Shown here: positions 7,915 to 17,182 of the stretch, piece after piece | How the letters are laid out: each line of letters begins with the position of its first letter | How positions within the stretch are numbered: position 1 is the first letter of the stretch | DNA from: an uncultured Oscillospiraceae bacterium | Lineage (GTDB): Bacteria; Bacillota; Clostridia; UMGS1883 | Length of the DNA stretch: 56,132 nucleotides | NCBI GenBank assembly: GCA_964537995.1 | Contig: CAZICW010000004.1 | Coordinates: 1 to 56,132 of the forward strand | Reading direction: 5' to 3' | Program-made: the position numbers and the translations under genes | The notes under the pieces: model-generated | Databases searched by the model: none | What the model saw: only the letters and a program-made list of their open reading frames with translations | Told to the model about the DNA's origin: nothing

Positions 7915-10293
7915 TTAACAAGAAAAGCTCTGCTCTGTACGATTTATAATTTCATCTTGCAAAGCTTTGCTGAGATTACGGAAATGATCGCTGTAGCCCG
8001 CAACCCGCACAATCAAATCCTTGTACTCGTCCGGATGCGCCTGCGCGTCCAGCAAGGTTTGGCGGTCAATTACATTAAACTGAATATGGTGACCGTCCAT
8101 CGAGAAATATGAACGCACGAGAGCCGCCATATTCTCCAGCCCTTCCTGTCCCTCAACAACCTTCGGCGTAAACTTCTGGTTGAGCAAAGTGCCGCCGGTT
8201 TTAAGATGATCCATCTTGGCGCAGGAATTGATAACCGCCGTCGGGCCGTGGACGTCGGCGCCCTTTTCGGGAGAAATTCCCTCGGAAACGGGCTTGCCGG
8301 CAAGACGGCCGTTGGGCAGTGCGCCGCAGACCTCGCCGAAATACACATGACAGGTTGTGGGAAGCATATCTATGCGGTATTCGCCGCCCTTGACCGTAGG
8401 TCTGCCCGTAACGGCGCCGTAATAGGCGTCAAAAACCTCCCGCATAACAGAATCGGCATAGTCGTCGTCGTTTCCGTACTTGGGAGAACGGTTCGCGACC
8501 TTGTTGTAAATGTCGTCGAAGCCCTCGAAATTTGCGTCGATTGCCGCCTTAAGCTCACCCATTGTGAAGCTTCGGTTGTCGAAAACATTGTATTTTATCG
8601 CGCTGAGACTGTCGGTTATCGTGCCTATGCCAACGCCCTGAATATAACAGGTGTTATAACGCGCGCCGCCGCAGTTGTAGTCCTTGGCCTTTTCTATGCA
8701 GTCGTCCATTATTACACTGAGGAACGGCACGGGCATATATTCCGAAAAAATCTTCTCGATTATGTTATTTCCCTCAATCTTTATGTCGATGAAATGATTC
8801 ATCTGCTTTACAAAAGCGTCCCAAAGCTCCTCATAGCTCTTATAGTCCTCGGCATTGCCGGTCTTAAGCCCTATCTGTTTTCCGGTGTATTTGTCGAAGC
8901 CGTTGTTGAGAGTTATTTCCAAAACCTTCGGAGTGTTGAAATATCCCGTGAGAACATAGCTTTCCTTTCCCAGACAGCCTGTTTCGACGCACCCCGTAGC
9001 GCTGCCGCAGCGGGCGTCCTCGATTGATTTTCCGGCGTTGAGCAGCTCCTGAATTATCGCCTCGGTATTGTAGAACGCGGGCTGACCCCAGCCCTTACGA
9101 CTGATTTCGCAGGCGCGGAGCAAAAAATCCTTCGGCGTTTTGCGTGAAATCTGGACGTTGCTCGAAGGCTGAAGCAGCTTCATTTCGTCCATTGTGTCAA
9201 GAATTATGTAGCTCACATCGTTTACGCCGTCACGGCCGTCGGTAGTTATTCCGCCGGTATTGATATTGGCAAAATCCGTATAGGTTCCGCTTTCCTTCAG
9301 GGTTATGCCGACCTTCGGAGGCGCGGGCTGATTGTTGAATTTAATCCAAAGGCACTCCATAAGCTCGCGCGCCCTGTCATAGTCCATAATGCCCTTTTCG
9401 ACGTCGGCTTTATAGAAGGGATAGGTGTGCTGATCGAGTCTGCCGGGAGTAAAGGCGTCCCACGGATTGACCTCGCTGGTAACGCCGATATGTACGAACC
9501 AGTACATCTGCAGAGCCTGATGGAAGGTGCGCGGAGCAAATTCGGGAACCACGGCGCAGTTTTCGCTTATCAGCAGCAAATCCGCCTTTTTTGCCGGATC
9601 GGTTTCCTTTTCGGCAAGCTGCCTCGCATATTCGCCGTAACGCCTTCCGTAGGCAATTATGCCGTCGCAGGCAATGCTCATTGCCGTAAGCTCGGCCCTT
9701 TTGTCATAGGCGTCAAGGTCATGCGCAAAATCCAGCTCGGAAAGCTTTTTCTCTATGTCCCTCTTATAATCGGAAAAGCCCTTTTTGTAAAAGCCGTTGC
9801 CGCCGCCCGTGTGGCCCGGCCCGCGCTGCTCCATAAACTCGGTGAACATTCCCGCCGCGTAGCAGTCCTTCCACTCGCCGCTCACGGATTTCATTATTTT
9901 TTCGCGTATGCTGCGGTTTTGCCAATAAGGGATTATTTCGTCGCGCTGGATTGCAAAGGTTTCCTCGTCAACGCTGAAATTGATAAGCTCCCGATCGTTC
10001 ATGACCCGCAAATCCTCAAGGGTATGACAGCAAAGCTCGGGGAAGGTCGGCGCGCACTGAGGCCCCGTACCCTTTTCGCCGACGATAAGCTCACCGTCGT
10101 TTATGCAAAGCTTGCGGTTTTCCATATATGTCTTAAAGGCAAGCGCACGCAGCACGGGAGTGTCAACGCTGCCCTCATATTTTTTGTACGCTTCCGTAAA
10201 CCAATGCGCGCGCTCGGCAGAGATTCGCGGCTGAGCCGTAACGCTTTGCTCGCGGAGCTTTTTCGTTCTTTCCGTGTATCCTCTCATTGCCAA
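7915..10293 (-). CDS. hypD: glycyl radical enzyme, trans-4-hydroxy-L-proline dehydratase type
   Basis: A 792-aa PFL2/glycerol-dehydratase-family GRE with the catalytic GCVE (Cys435/Glu437) and the C-terminal glycyl-radical motif LIVRVAGYSDHF. H161, D279, S335, F341, Y451 and T646 sit one position off the substrate-binding residues I recall for C. difficile HypD. Confidence 0.7.
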   Translation of the reverse strand: MAMRGYTERTKKLREQSVTAQPRISAERAHWFTEAYKKYEGSVDTPVLRALAFKTYMENRKLCINDGELIVGEKGTGPQCAPTFPELCCHTLEDLRVMNDRELINFSVDEETFAIQRDEIIPYWQNRSIREKIMKSVSGEWKDCYAAGMFTEFMEQRGPGHTGGGNGFYKKGFSDYKRDIEKKLSELDFAHDLDAYDKRAELTAMSIACDGIIAYGRRYGEYARQLAEKETDPAKKADLLLISENCAVVPEFAPRTFHQALQMYWFVHIGVTSEVNPWDAFTPGRLDQHTYPFYKADVEKGIMDYDRARELMECLWIKFNNQPAPPKVGITLKESGTYTDFANINTGGITTDGRDGVNDVSYIILDTMDEMKLLQPSSNVQISRKTPKDFLLRACEISRKGWGQPAFYNTEAIIQELLNAGKSIEDARCGSATGCVETGCLGKESYVLTGYFNTPKVLEITLNNGFDKYTGKQIGLKTGNAEDYKSYEELWDAFVKQMNHFIDIKIEGNNIIEKIFSEYMPVPFLSVIMDDCIEKAKDYNCGGARYNTCYIQGVGIGTITDSLSAIKYNVFDNRSFTMGELKAAIDANFEGFDDIYNKVANRSPKYGNDDDYADSVMREVFDAYYGAVTGRPTVKGGEYRIDMLPTTCHVYFGEVCGALPNGRLAGKPVSEGISPEKGADVHGPTAVINSCAKMDHLKTGGTLLNQKFTPKVVEGQEGLENMAALVRSYFSMDGHHIQFNVIDRQTLLDAQAHPDEYKDLIVRVAGYSDHFRNLSKALQDEIINRTEQSFSC

Positions 10294-10307
10294 AAACTTC
10301 CTTTCCG

Positions 10308-11204
10308 TCAGCCGCCGATTTTTACATCGAAGCCGCTGTTCTCAAACAAAATTTTTATCTCTTCCATGCGCTCCGCCGCCGGAGCGCGAAAATTCTCGCA
10401 TTTACGTCCGAGCCGCCGATATTTGAAGCTGCCGGTGTCATGGTACGGCAACAGACTCACGCGCGAAGGACGAACCTCCTTCGCAAGCGCCAAAACCGCA
10501 GCCATATCATCATCCGAGCTGTTCAGTCCCTCAAGCAGCGGCAGCCGCAGCCATATTTCCGCGCCGCTCTCCGAAAGGCGGCGCAGATTTTCCAGAATAG
10601 GAGCGTTGTCCGCGCCGGTAAGCTCCCTGTGTCGGAGCGGATCGACGCATTTTATATCGTAAAGATACAGCCTCGTATACGGCAATGTCGCCTCCATCGT
10701 TTCCCACGGGCAAAAGCCGCAGGTATCGACGGCGGTATGTATGCCGAAGCGGGAGCATTCCTTCAGCAGCTCCAAAAGAGCCTCGCCCTGAGAAAGACAT
10801 TCGCCGCCCGAAAACGTAACGCCTCCTCCGCTTTCACCGTAAAAGGTTCTGTCGCGCTTTATTATATCCGCTACCCTCTCAACGCTGTAGCTTTCCCCCG
10901 CAAGCTCCCGCGCGGAATTGGGGCATACCTCCGCGCAGCTTCCGCAGGCGGTGCATTTTGCCGCGTCGAGCTTGAGTGTCCCGTCAGAAACGGAAACCGC
11001 CCCCGCGCCGCACCGCGCGGCGCACCGTCCGCAGAGTGTGCAGCGTTCGGGATTGAACATAAGCTCGGGGTCAAAGCGCTGACTTTCGGGATTATGACAC
11101 CAACGGCAACGAAGCGGACAGCCCTTGAAAAAAACCGTCGTTCTTATGCCCGGCCCGTCGTGAGTGGAAAATCTTTGCAGATTAAAAAGCATGGCTTCCT
11201 TCAT
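10308..11204 (-). CDS. glycyl-radical enzyme activating protein (radical SAM)
   Basis: It has the CX3CX2C cluster CPLRCRWCHNPE plus two ferredoxin-like motifs (CTLCGRCAARC, CTACGSCAEVCP). The ATG at 11204 lies 7 nt after GGAGGAG. The ORF-track start at 11258 is an upstream extension. Confidence 0.9.
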   Translation of the reverse strand: MKEAMLFNLQRFSTHDGPGIRTTVFFKGCPLRCRWCHNPESQRFDPELMFNPERCTLCGRCAARCGAGAVSVSDGTLKLDAAKCTACGSCAEVCPNSARELAGESYSVERVADIIKRDRTFYGESGGGVTFSGGECLSQGEALLELLKECSRFGIHTAVDTCGFCPWETMEATLPYTRLYLYDIKCVDPLRHRELTGADNAPILENLRRLSESGAEIWLRLPLLEGLNSSDDDMAAVLALAKEVRPSRVSLLPYHDTGSFKYRRLGRKCENFRAPAAERMEEIKILFENSGFDVKIGG

Positions 11205-11228
11205 GGCAAAATCTCCTCCGTGCCATAT

Positions 11229-11258
11229 ATAATATACCGAAACGGCAGGCTTTGTCAA
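11229..11258 (-). promoter_or_regulatory. candidate promoter of the activase-hypD operon
   Basis: On the minus strand, TTGACA (11253-11258 reverse complement) then TATTAT/TATATT at 16-18 nt, in the 80-nt gap after the polC stop. Confidence 0.45.
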
Positions 11259-11283
11259 GCGTATTTTTGTAAATTTAACTCTC

Positions 11284-14200
11284 TTAGGAAATCATCTCGA
11301 AAATATTGAGCTGCGCGTTCTCCGGCATACCGTCGAAGCAGCCCATCGAGCGCATGATTTCAATGTGTCTAAGGCTCACGGATGTGCGGTTTTTGAAATC
11401 GTCAACCGAGAGAAAGTCTCCGTTCGCGCGGGCGTCGGCAATGCTCTGAGCCGCCGCAAGTCCCATGCCGGCGATGCTGTTGAACGCGGGCATAATTTTG
11501 CCGCCGACGTTAAGGAACTTGGAGGGATGCGCCTTGTAAATGTCAATCGGCGTAAACTCAAGTCCGCGGGCGTACATTTCGTTCACGACCTCAAGAATGG
11601 TATGGGTAGCCTTTTCCGTCGCCGTCGGCTTTTCAAGCGCCTCAATGTCCGCCATTGCCTTTTGGCAGCGTTCGCGCCCGCACGCCATGGTTTCGTAATC
11701 GAAGGTGTCGGCGCGAACCGAGAAATACGCCTGATAAAACTCAATCGGGCAGTATACCTTATAATACGCCACACGCAGCGCCATCGTGACATACGCGACG
11801 GCGTGAGCCTTGGGGAACATATATTTTATCTTGTTGCAGCTCTCGATGTACCATTCGGGTACGCCGTGAGCGCGCATTTCGGCTTCGTCGTCGGGCTTGA
11901 GCTTCTTCCCCTTGCGCACCTGCTCCATTATAGTGAAGGAACGCTTGGAATCCATACCCTTCTGAATAAGATAAATCATAATATCGTCGCGGCAGCAGAT
12001 TGCCTGACTCAGCGTGCAGGTTCCGTTGCGAACCAATTCCTGCGCGTTGTTCGTCCAAACGTCCGTTCCGTGGGAAAGACCGGAAATCCGCACAAGATCG
12101 GAAACGGTCTTCGGCTTAGACTCCAAAAGCATTTGGCGAACAAAGCCCGTACCCATCTCGGGTATGGCGAAGGTGCCGGTTTCGCTGCCGATGTCCTCCG
12201 CCGTAACTTCCAGCGCCGCCGGACTTGTAAACAGGCTGAGAACCTTTTCGTCCGTAAGCGGAAGCTTCTGCGGATTTATGCCGGTAAGGTCGTACAGCAT
12301 TTTCAGCATCGTCGGGTCGTCGTGACCGAGAATATCCATTTTCAGCAGATTTTGGTCGATGCTGTGATAGTCAAAGTGCGTCGTAACGATTCCGCACTCG
12401 GTTTTGTTGGCGGGATACTGCACGGGCGTAAATTCGTGGATGTCGTGTCCCTTCGGCAGAATAATAACGCCGCCCGGGTGCTGTCCGGTGGTGGTTTTAA
12501 CCCCCATACAGCCGTTTTTGAGCCGCTCGATTTCGGCGCTGTGGCAGTATTGTCCCTTTTCCTCGAAATAATGCTTAACATAGCCGTAGGCGGTTTTTTC
12601 CGCAACGGTGGAAACGGTTCCCGCGCGGTAAACATAGCCCTCGCCGAAAATTTCCTCGGTGTATTTATGAGCCTTGGACTGATATTCGCCGGAGAAATTA
12701 AGGTCAATGTCGGGCTGCTTGCCGCCGCCGAAGCCGAGGAAGGTTTCAAACGGAATGTCAAAGCCGTCTCTTTCGTAGGGAGTGCCGCATTCGGGGCAGT
12801 TTTTCTCGGGCATATCGCAGCCCGCGGAGTATTCCCCGTTCAGGAAAAATTCGCTGTGCTTGCAATTCGGACAACGGTAGTGCGGCGGCAGACTGTTTAC
12901 CTCGGTTATGCCGGAGCAATAAGCAAGGAACGACGAGCCGACGCTGCCTCTCGAGCCGACGATGTAGCCGTCGTTGTTGGAATGTTCAACCAGCATACGG
13001 GCGTAATTATAAAGGTCGGCGTAGCCGTGACCGACGACGCTTTCAATCTCGGCGGCAAGTCTGTCCTCGACAAGCTTCGGCAGCGGAGAGCCGTAAAGCT
13101 CGACCGCGCGGGCGCGGGAAATTTCCTCAATGGCTTTTTCGCTGCCCTCGATTTTCGGAGGATAATTTTCCTTCGGCACGGGGGCAATATCCTCAACCGC
13201 GTCGGCAATTTTGTTGGGGTTTTCAACGACGACCTCATATGCGCGCTCGCCCAGATAGGCAAACTCCTCCAGCATTTCCTCGGTATTGCGGAAATACAGC
13301 TCCGGCTGATTGTCCGCGTCCTTATAGCCTTGGCTTGCCTGAAGAATACGGCGGTAAATTTCGTCGCGCTTTTTCAGGAAGTGTGCGTCGCAGGTGGCGA
13401 CGGTCGGCTTGCCCATTTCGTCGCCGAGGGCGAGAATACGGCGGTTAAGGTCGCGCAAAGCTTCGTCGTCCTTCACAATGCCTTCGCGCACCATATAGCG
13501 GTTGTTTGTTATCGGCTGAATTTCAAAATAGTCGTAAAACGCGCCGATTTCCTTCACTTTTTCATCGGGAAGTCCGTCGCGCACCGCGCGGAACAGCTCG
13601 CCCGCTTCACAGGCGCTGCCCAGGATAAGCCCTTCGCGGTGCTTGATAAGCTCCTCGCGCGGTATAAGCGGACGCTTGTAAAAATACTTCATGTGCGACA
13701 GGCTTACAAGCCGGTAAAGATTTTTCAGCCCCGTAAGATTCCGCGCAAGAATTATGATATGGTATCGCCTTGTATCCTTTGCTTTGTATTTCGCGCCGTC
13801 CTCAATCAGATAACCCTCGCAGCCGTAGATAATTTTAATGTCGTCGGTTTTTGCGTGGAAAATCTCCGGAAACGCCTGAACCACGCCGTGGTCGGTCAGC
13901 GCAACAGCCTTATGCCCCCATTTTATCGCCTGCTTGACGTACGCGGCAGCGTCCATGACCGAGTCCATCGCGGAAAATTTGCTGTGAGCGTGCAGCTCCA
14001 CGCGCTTTACGGGGGCGTTGTCCTCAATTTCCGGCAGCTTCGCCCTCACAATATCGCGCGCCATAACCGTAAGCTCATGAGAGTAGTTATCATACTCCAC
14101 CCTGCCGCGCACGGCGACACAGGTCGGTTTTTCGAGACTTTCGACAACATTTTCCGCGTCCTTGGGACGGGAGAAAAGCTTCACGGTTATCGAACCCGTA

Positions 14201-14913
14201 TAATCGGTTATGTAGAAGCTGATAAGCCATTTTCCGCTTTTAAGCTCATGGGAATCGAAATTAAATGTGTCGCCGCGGATTACGACAAGCTGCGTGTCAC
14301 TGTTGATTTCCGAAATAGGCGTAAGCTCGTCGTCGGGTTGGAAGGACTTGCCGAGAATCACGTCGTCGGGAGCGCGGCGCTCCTCCTTTTTTTTCGGCTT
14401 TTCATATATCGGTTCAAGCCTTTGCTCGACCTCCATTTCCTCTTCGAGGAACCTGACCTCACAGTCAACATTCAGAGCGTCGGCAAGGCGCTTCCTTAAA
14501 AATTTGTCCGCGCCCTCGTTTTCCAAAATTTCGCGGTTGCCGTGGCGCAGTGTTATATATATCTCGCCGCCGCGCACATTTGCCCTGCTGTCGCAAAAAA
14601 TCGCGCCCCAAAGCGGATTTGTGCGGTGCAGAGCGGAAATTTCCATGCCGACAAAGCGAAGGATGTCGTCCTCGGTCGGAGAAGGAAGGTCGAACGACGG
14701 CTCGATTTGCGCGTCGTTAAGCTTGTACGCAAGACAAATTTCCGATTCATAGCGTTCAAGGTACTCCGTCGGCACAATGCGGTTAAAGACCGCCTTTACG
14801 GAGGCGGTGCGCCCGTCCCTGTCGATGACGACGCGCTCAACCCTTCCCCCGCGGACGCTTTCGTCCCCCGAAGCCAGCGGAAAAACCTCTCTCATATAAT
14901 ATACTTTGTCCAT
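11284..14913 (-). CDS. polC: PolC-type DNA polymerase III alpha subunit lacking the 3'-5' exonuclease domain
   Basis: This 1209-aa protein has a PolC N-domain, an OB fold, PHP motifs (ELHAHS, LTDHG, YGCEGY, HIIILA, TCDAHF) and the PolC-specific zinc finger CPNCKH..CPECG. It also has the palm motif QPDIDLNFSGE and C-terminal HhH/tau-binding-like regions. No DnaQ-like Exo I/II/III motifs are present. AAGGAG RBS lies 6 nt before the ATG. Confidence 0.85.
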   Translation of the reverse strand: MDKVYYMREVFPLASGDESVRGGRVERVVIDRDGRTASVKAVFNRIVPTEYLERYESEICLAYKLNDAQIEPSFDLPSPTEDDILRFVGMEISALHRTNPLWGAIFCDSRANVRGGEIYITLRHGNREILENEGADKFLRKRLADALNVDCEVRFLEEEMEVEQRLEPIYEKPKKKEERRAPDDVILGKSFQPDDELTPISEINSDTQLVVIRGDTFNFDSHELKSGKWLISFYITDYTGSITVKLFSRPKDAENVVESLEKPTCVAVRGRVEYDNYSHELTVMARDIVRAKLPEIEDNAPVKRVELHAHSKFSAMDSVMDAAAYVKQAIKWGHKAVALTDHGVVQAFPEIFHAKTDDIKIIYGCEGYLIEDGAKYKAKDTRRYHIIILARNLTGLKNLYRLVSLSHMKYFYKRPLIPREELIKHREGLILGSACEAGELFRAVRDGLPDEKVKEIGAFYDYFEIQPITNNRYMVREGIVKDDEALRDLNRRILALGDEMGKPTVATCDAHFLKKRDEIYRRILQASQGYKDADNQPELYFRNTEEMLEEFAYLGERAYEVVVENPNKIADAVEDIAPVPKENYPPKIEGSEKAIEEISRARAVELYGSPLPKLVEDRLAAEIESVVGHGYADLYNYARMLVEHSNNDGYIVGSRGSVGSSFLAYCSGITEVNSLPPHYRCPNCKHSEFFLNGEYSAGCDMPEKNCPECGTPYERDGFDIPFETFLGFGGGKQPDIDLNFSGEYQSKAHKYTEEIFGEGYVYRAGTVSTVAEKTAYGYVKHYFEEKGQYCHSAEIERLKNGCMGVKTTTGQHPGGVIILPKGHDIHEFTPVQYPANKTECGIVTTHFDYHSIDQNLLKMDILGHDDPTMLKMLYDLTGINPQKLPLTDEKVLSLFTSPAALEVTAEDIGSETGTFAIPEMGTGFVRQMLLESKPKTVSDLVRISGLSHGTDVWTNNAQELVRNGTCTLSQAICCRDDIMIYLIQKGMDSKRSFTIMEQVRKGKKLKPDDEAEMRAHGVPEWYIESCNKIKYMFPKAHAVAYVTMALRVAYYKVYCPIEFYQAYFSVRADTFDYETMACGRERCQKAMADIEALEKPTATEKATHTILEVVNEMYARGLEFTPIDIYKAHPSKFLNVGGKIMPAFNSIAGMGLAAAQSIADARANGDFLSVDDFKNRTSVSLRHIEIMRSMGCFDGMPENAQLNIFEMIS

Positions 14914-14995
14914 AAAGCTTCTCCTTTGTCGAATATCGTAGCTGCGGCAACGGTTAAAAGCCGCCGCGAATATGCGCCGACCGACGGCAAGCCGC

Positions 14996-17182
14996 TTATG
15001 TTCGTTTGACCTCGAACACGCCGGGGACGTGGTAGAGCTTCTTCACAAGCGTATCGACCTGAGACTTGTCGCCGATTTCGACGGTGATATTTATAATCGC
15101 CATCTTTTCCTTGGTAGTGCGGGCATTGACGGCTACCAGGGGCAGCTTTGCGTCGCCGATTATATTTGTAACGTCGCCCAAAATTCCGTCCCTGTTCGGC
15201 CCCTCAATCTGAATGTCGCAGTTGTATCGGCCGCTGTCGGCCGCCCACGAGCAGGCTATCATTCTGCCGCGCATTTCATCGGACATATTTTCCGCGCGCA
15301 CATTCACGCAGTCGGCGCGGTGGACGCTCACGCCCCTGCCGCGAGTTATGAAGCCCACAATTTCGTCGCCCGGGACGGGGCTGCAGCATTTCGACAGTCT
15401 CACAAGGCAGTTGTCAATGCCTTCAACCACAATTCCGCCGCCGTGCTTTCCGTTTGATTTCTGAATATGCTGCGGCTCGGGAAGCTCCTCCTTCACAAGC
15501 TGACTGTACGTTTCGCGCATACGGGTCACAATCTTTGCCGAGGTAATTCCTCCGTATCCGACGGCGACGTACATTTCGTCAATATTGTTGAAGCCGTAGC
15601 GCTTCAGCATCGGGTCAAGAAATTCGGGCTTGATTATCGCGGAGGGATTAAGCCCCTGACGCCTGATTTCGCGGTCAATCGCCTCACGGCCGCGCTCGAT
15701 GTTCGCCTCGCGGTTTTCCTTCTTAAACCACGCGTTTATTTTGTTTCTCGCCTGTCCGGTTTTTACGATTTTCAGCCAGTCGCGGCTCGGCCCCTTCGGG
15801 ACGGACGAAGTGAGAATTTCCACAATATCGCCGTTCTGAAGCTTGTAGTCGAGCGGCACAATCCTCATGTTCGCCTTTGCGCCAATCATCTTGTAGCCGA
15901 CGGCGGTATGAATGTAAAAAGCAAAATCTATCGGCGTCGAACCCGCGGGCAGGCTTATGACGTTGCCCTTGGGAGTAAACACAAAAACCTCGTCGGCGAA
16001 CATATCTATTTTCAGCGTGCGCAGGAAATCCTCGTCGTTCGCGGCGTCGCGCTGACTGTCCATGAGCTGATCAACCCACGCCAGCCTTTTTTCGTCGGCG
16101 GGAGTCGCGCCCTCCTTGTAGCGCCAGTGGGCGGCAATGCCCTGCTCCGCGACGCGGTGCATTTCCCATGTGCGTATCTGAATCTCGAACGGTCTGCCGT
16201 CGGGGCCGATTACCGTTGTGTGCAGCGACTGGTACATATTCGGCTTCGGCATGGCGATATAGTCCTTGAATCGGCCCGGAATCGGCTTGTATTGCTCGTG
16301 TACCATTCCGAGAGCGGTATAACACTCGCTCACATTGTCCACAATTATTCTGACGGCGAAGAGGTCATATATTTCGTCGAGCGTCTTATTCTGGCTGTAC
16401 ATTTTTTTGAAAATGCTGTATATATGCTTCGCCCTGCCGCTTATCTGACTTTTTATGCCCAAGGCGTCCATTTTTGTTTTTATTGTGTCGCGTATGAGCT
16501 GAACATAAGCGTCTCTTTCGGTTTTTTTCTGGTCAAGCCCCTGCGCGATTTCGTAAAACGCCACGCTGTCAAGATAACGCAAGGATAGATCCTCCAGCTC
16601 GCACTTAATTTGGGAAATACCCAATCGGTGCGCCAGCGGAGCAAACACGTCAAGAGTTTCCTTTGAAATTATCCTTTGCTTTTCGGGAGGCATATACTTG
16701 AGCGTGCGCATATTGTGCAGCCTGTCGGCAAGCTTTATCAATATGACGCGAATATCCTTCGCCATCGCGAAAAACATTTTCCGCAAGTTTTCAACCTGCT
16801 GATCCTCGCGGGAAACGTATTTTATCTTTTTCAGCTTCGTCACGCCGTCCACAAGCATAGCCACGTCTTCGCCGAAAAGCTCCTTTATATCGTCATAGCC
16901 GTATTTTGTATCCTCTATAGTGTCGTGCAGCAGTCCGGCAATAACCGTTTCGGCGTCCATTCCCATTTCAGCCAATATCTGCGCCACCGCCGCGGGATGG
17001 ATATAATACGGCTCCCCCGAAAGGCGGAACTGGTCGGCATGGGCTTCCCTGCAAAAATCATACGCGCGGCGAACGGCGGCTTCGGTTTCCTCCGAGCATT
17101 TATCATGCTTTTTCATCGCGCCGATTATGTTTTCAATATCCGTATCCTCGTACCGCAAGCCCCTCGCCCCCTTCCTCCGCAT
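14996..17182 (-). CDS. relA: bifunctional (p)ppGpp synthetase/hydrolase (RelA/SpoT homolog)
   Basis: It has an HD hydrolase domain (HDTIEDT), a RelA_SpoT synthetase domain (YKPIPGRFKDYIAMPKPNMYQSLHTTV), and TGS and ACT domains. An alternative start exists at 17116. Confidence 0.95.
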   Translation of the reverse strand: MRRKGARGLRYEDTDIENIIGAMKKHDKCSEETEAAVRRAYDFCREAHADQFRLSGEPYYIHPAAVAQILAEMGMDAETVIAGLLHDTIEDTKYGYDDIKELFGEDVAMLVDGVTKLKKIKYVSREDQQVENLRKMFFAMAKDIRVILIKLADRLHNMRTLKYMPPEKQRIISKETLDVFAPLAHRLGISQIKCELEDLSLRYLDSVAFYEIAQGLDQKKTERDAYVQLIRDTIKTKMDALGIKSQISGRAKHIYSIFKKMYSQNKTLDEIYDLFAVRIIVDNVSECYTALGMVHEQYKPIPGRFKDYIAMPKPNMYQSLHTTVIGPDGRPFEIQIRTWEMHRVAEQGIAAHWRYKEGATPADEKRLAWVDQLMDSQRDAANDEDFLRTLKIDMFADEVFVFTPKGNVISLPAGSTPIDFAFYIHTAVGYKMIGAKANMRIVPLDYKLQNGDIVEILTSSVPKGPSRDWLKIVKTGQARNKINAWFKKENREANIERGREAIDREIRRQGLNPSAIIKPEFLDPMLKRYGFNNIDEMYVAVGYGGITSAKIVTRMRETYSQLVKEELPEPQHIQKSNGKHGGGIVVEGIDNCLVRLSKCCSPVPGDEIVGFITRGRGVSVHRADCVNVRAENMSDEMRGRMIACSWAADSGRYNCDIQIEGPNRDGILGDVTNIIGDAKLPLVAVNARTTKEKMAIINITVEIGDKSQVDTLVKKLYHVPGVFEVKRT

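Noticed and set aside
10287-11309. 340-aa plus-strand ORF opposite the GRE activase
   Set aside because: It is antisense to a radical SAM activase with intact cluster motifs. The translation is Arg/Ala-rich and low in complexity.
11365-14499. 1044-aa ORF on the plus strand opposite polC
   Set aside because: It is in exact codon register with polC, so it is open only because polC avoids TTA, CTA and TCA. It has no RBS, gives a low-complexity R/A/G/V-rich translation and has no recognisable motifs. The sense strand encodes a complete, motif-rich PolC.
17133-17182. 50-nt recJ/relA overlap as a possible frameshift or fusion signal
   Set aside because: Both ORFs are complete with normal termini. 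The overlap shrinks to nothing if relA starts at the in-frame ATG at 17116. This is ordinary start-codon ambiguity.
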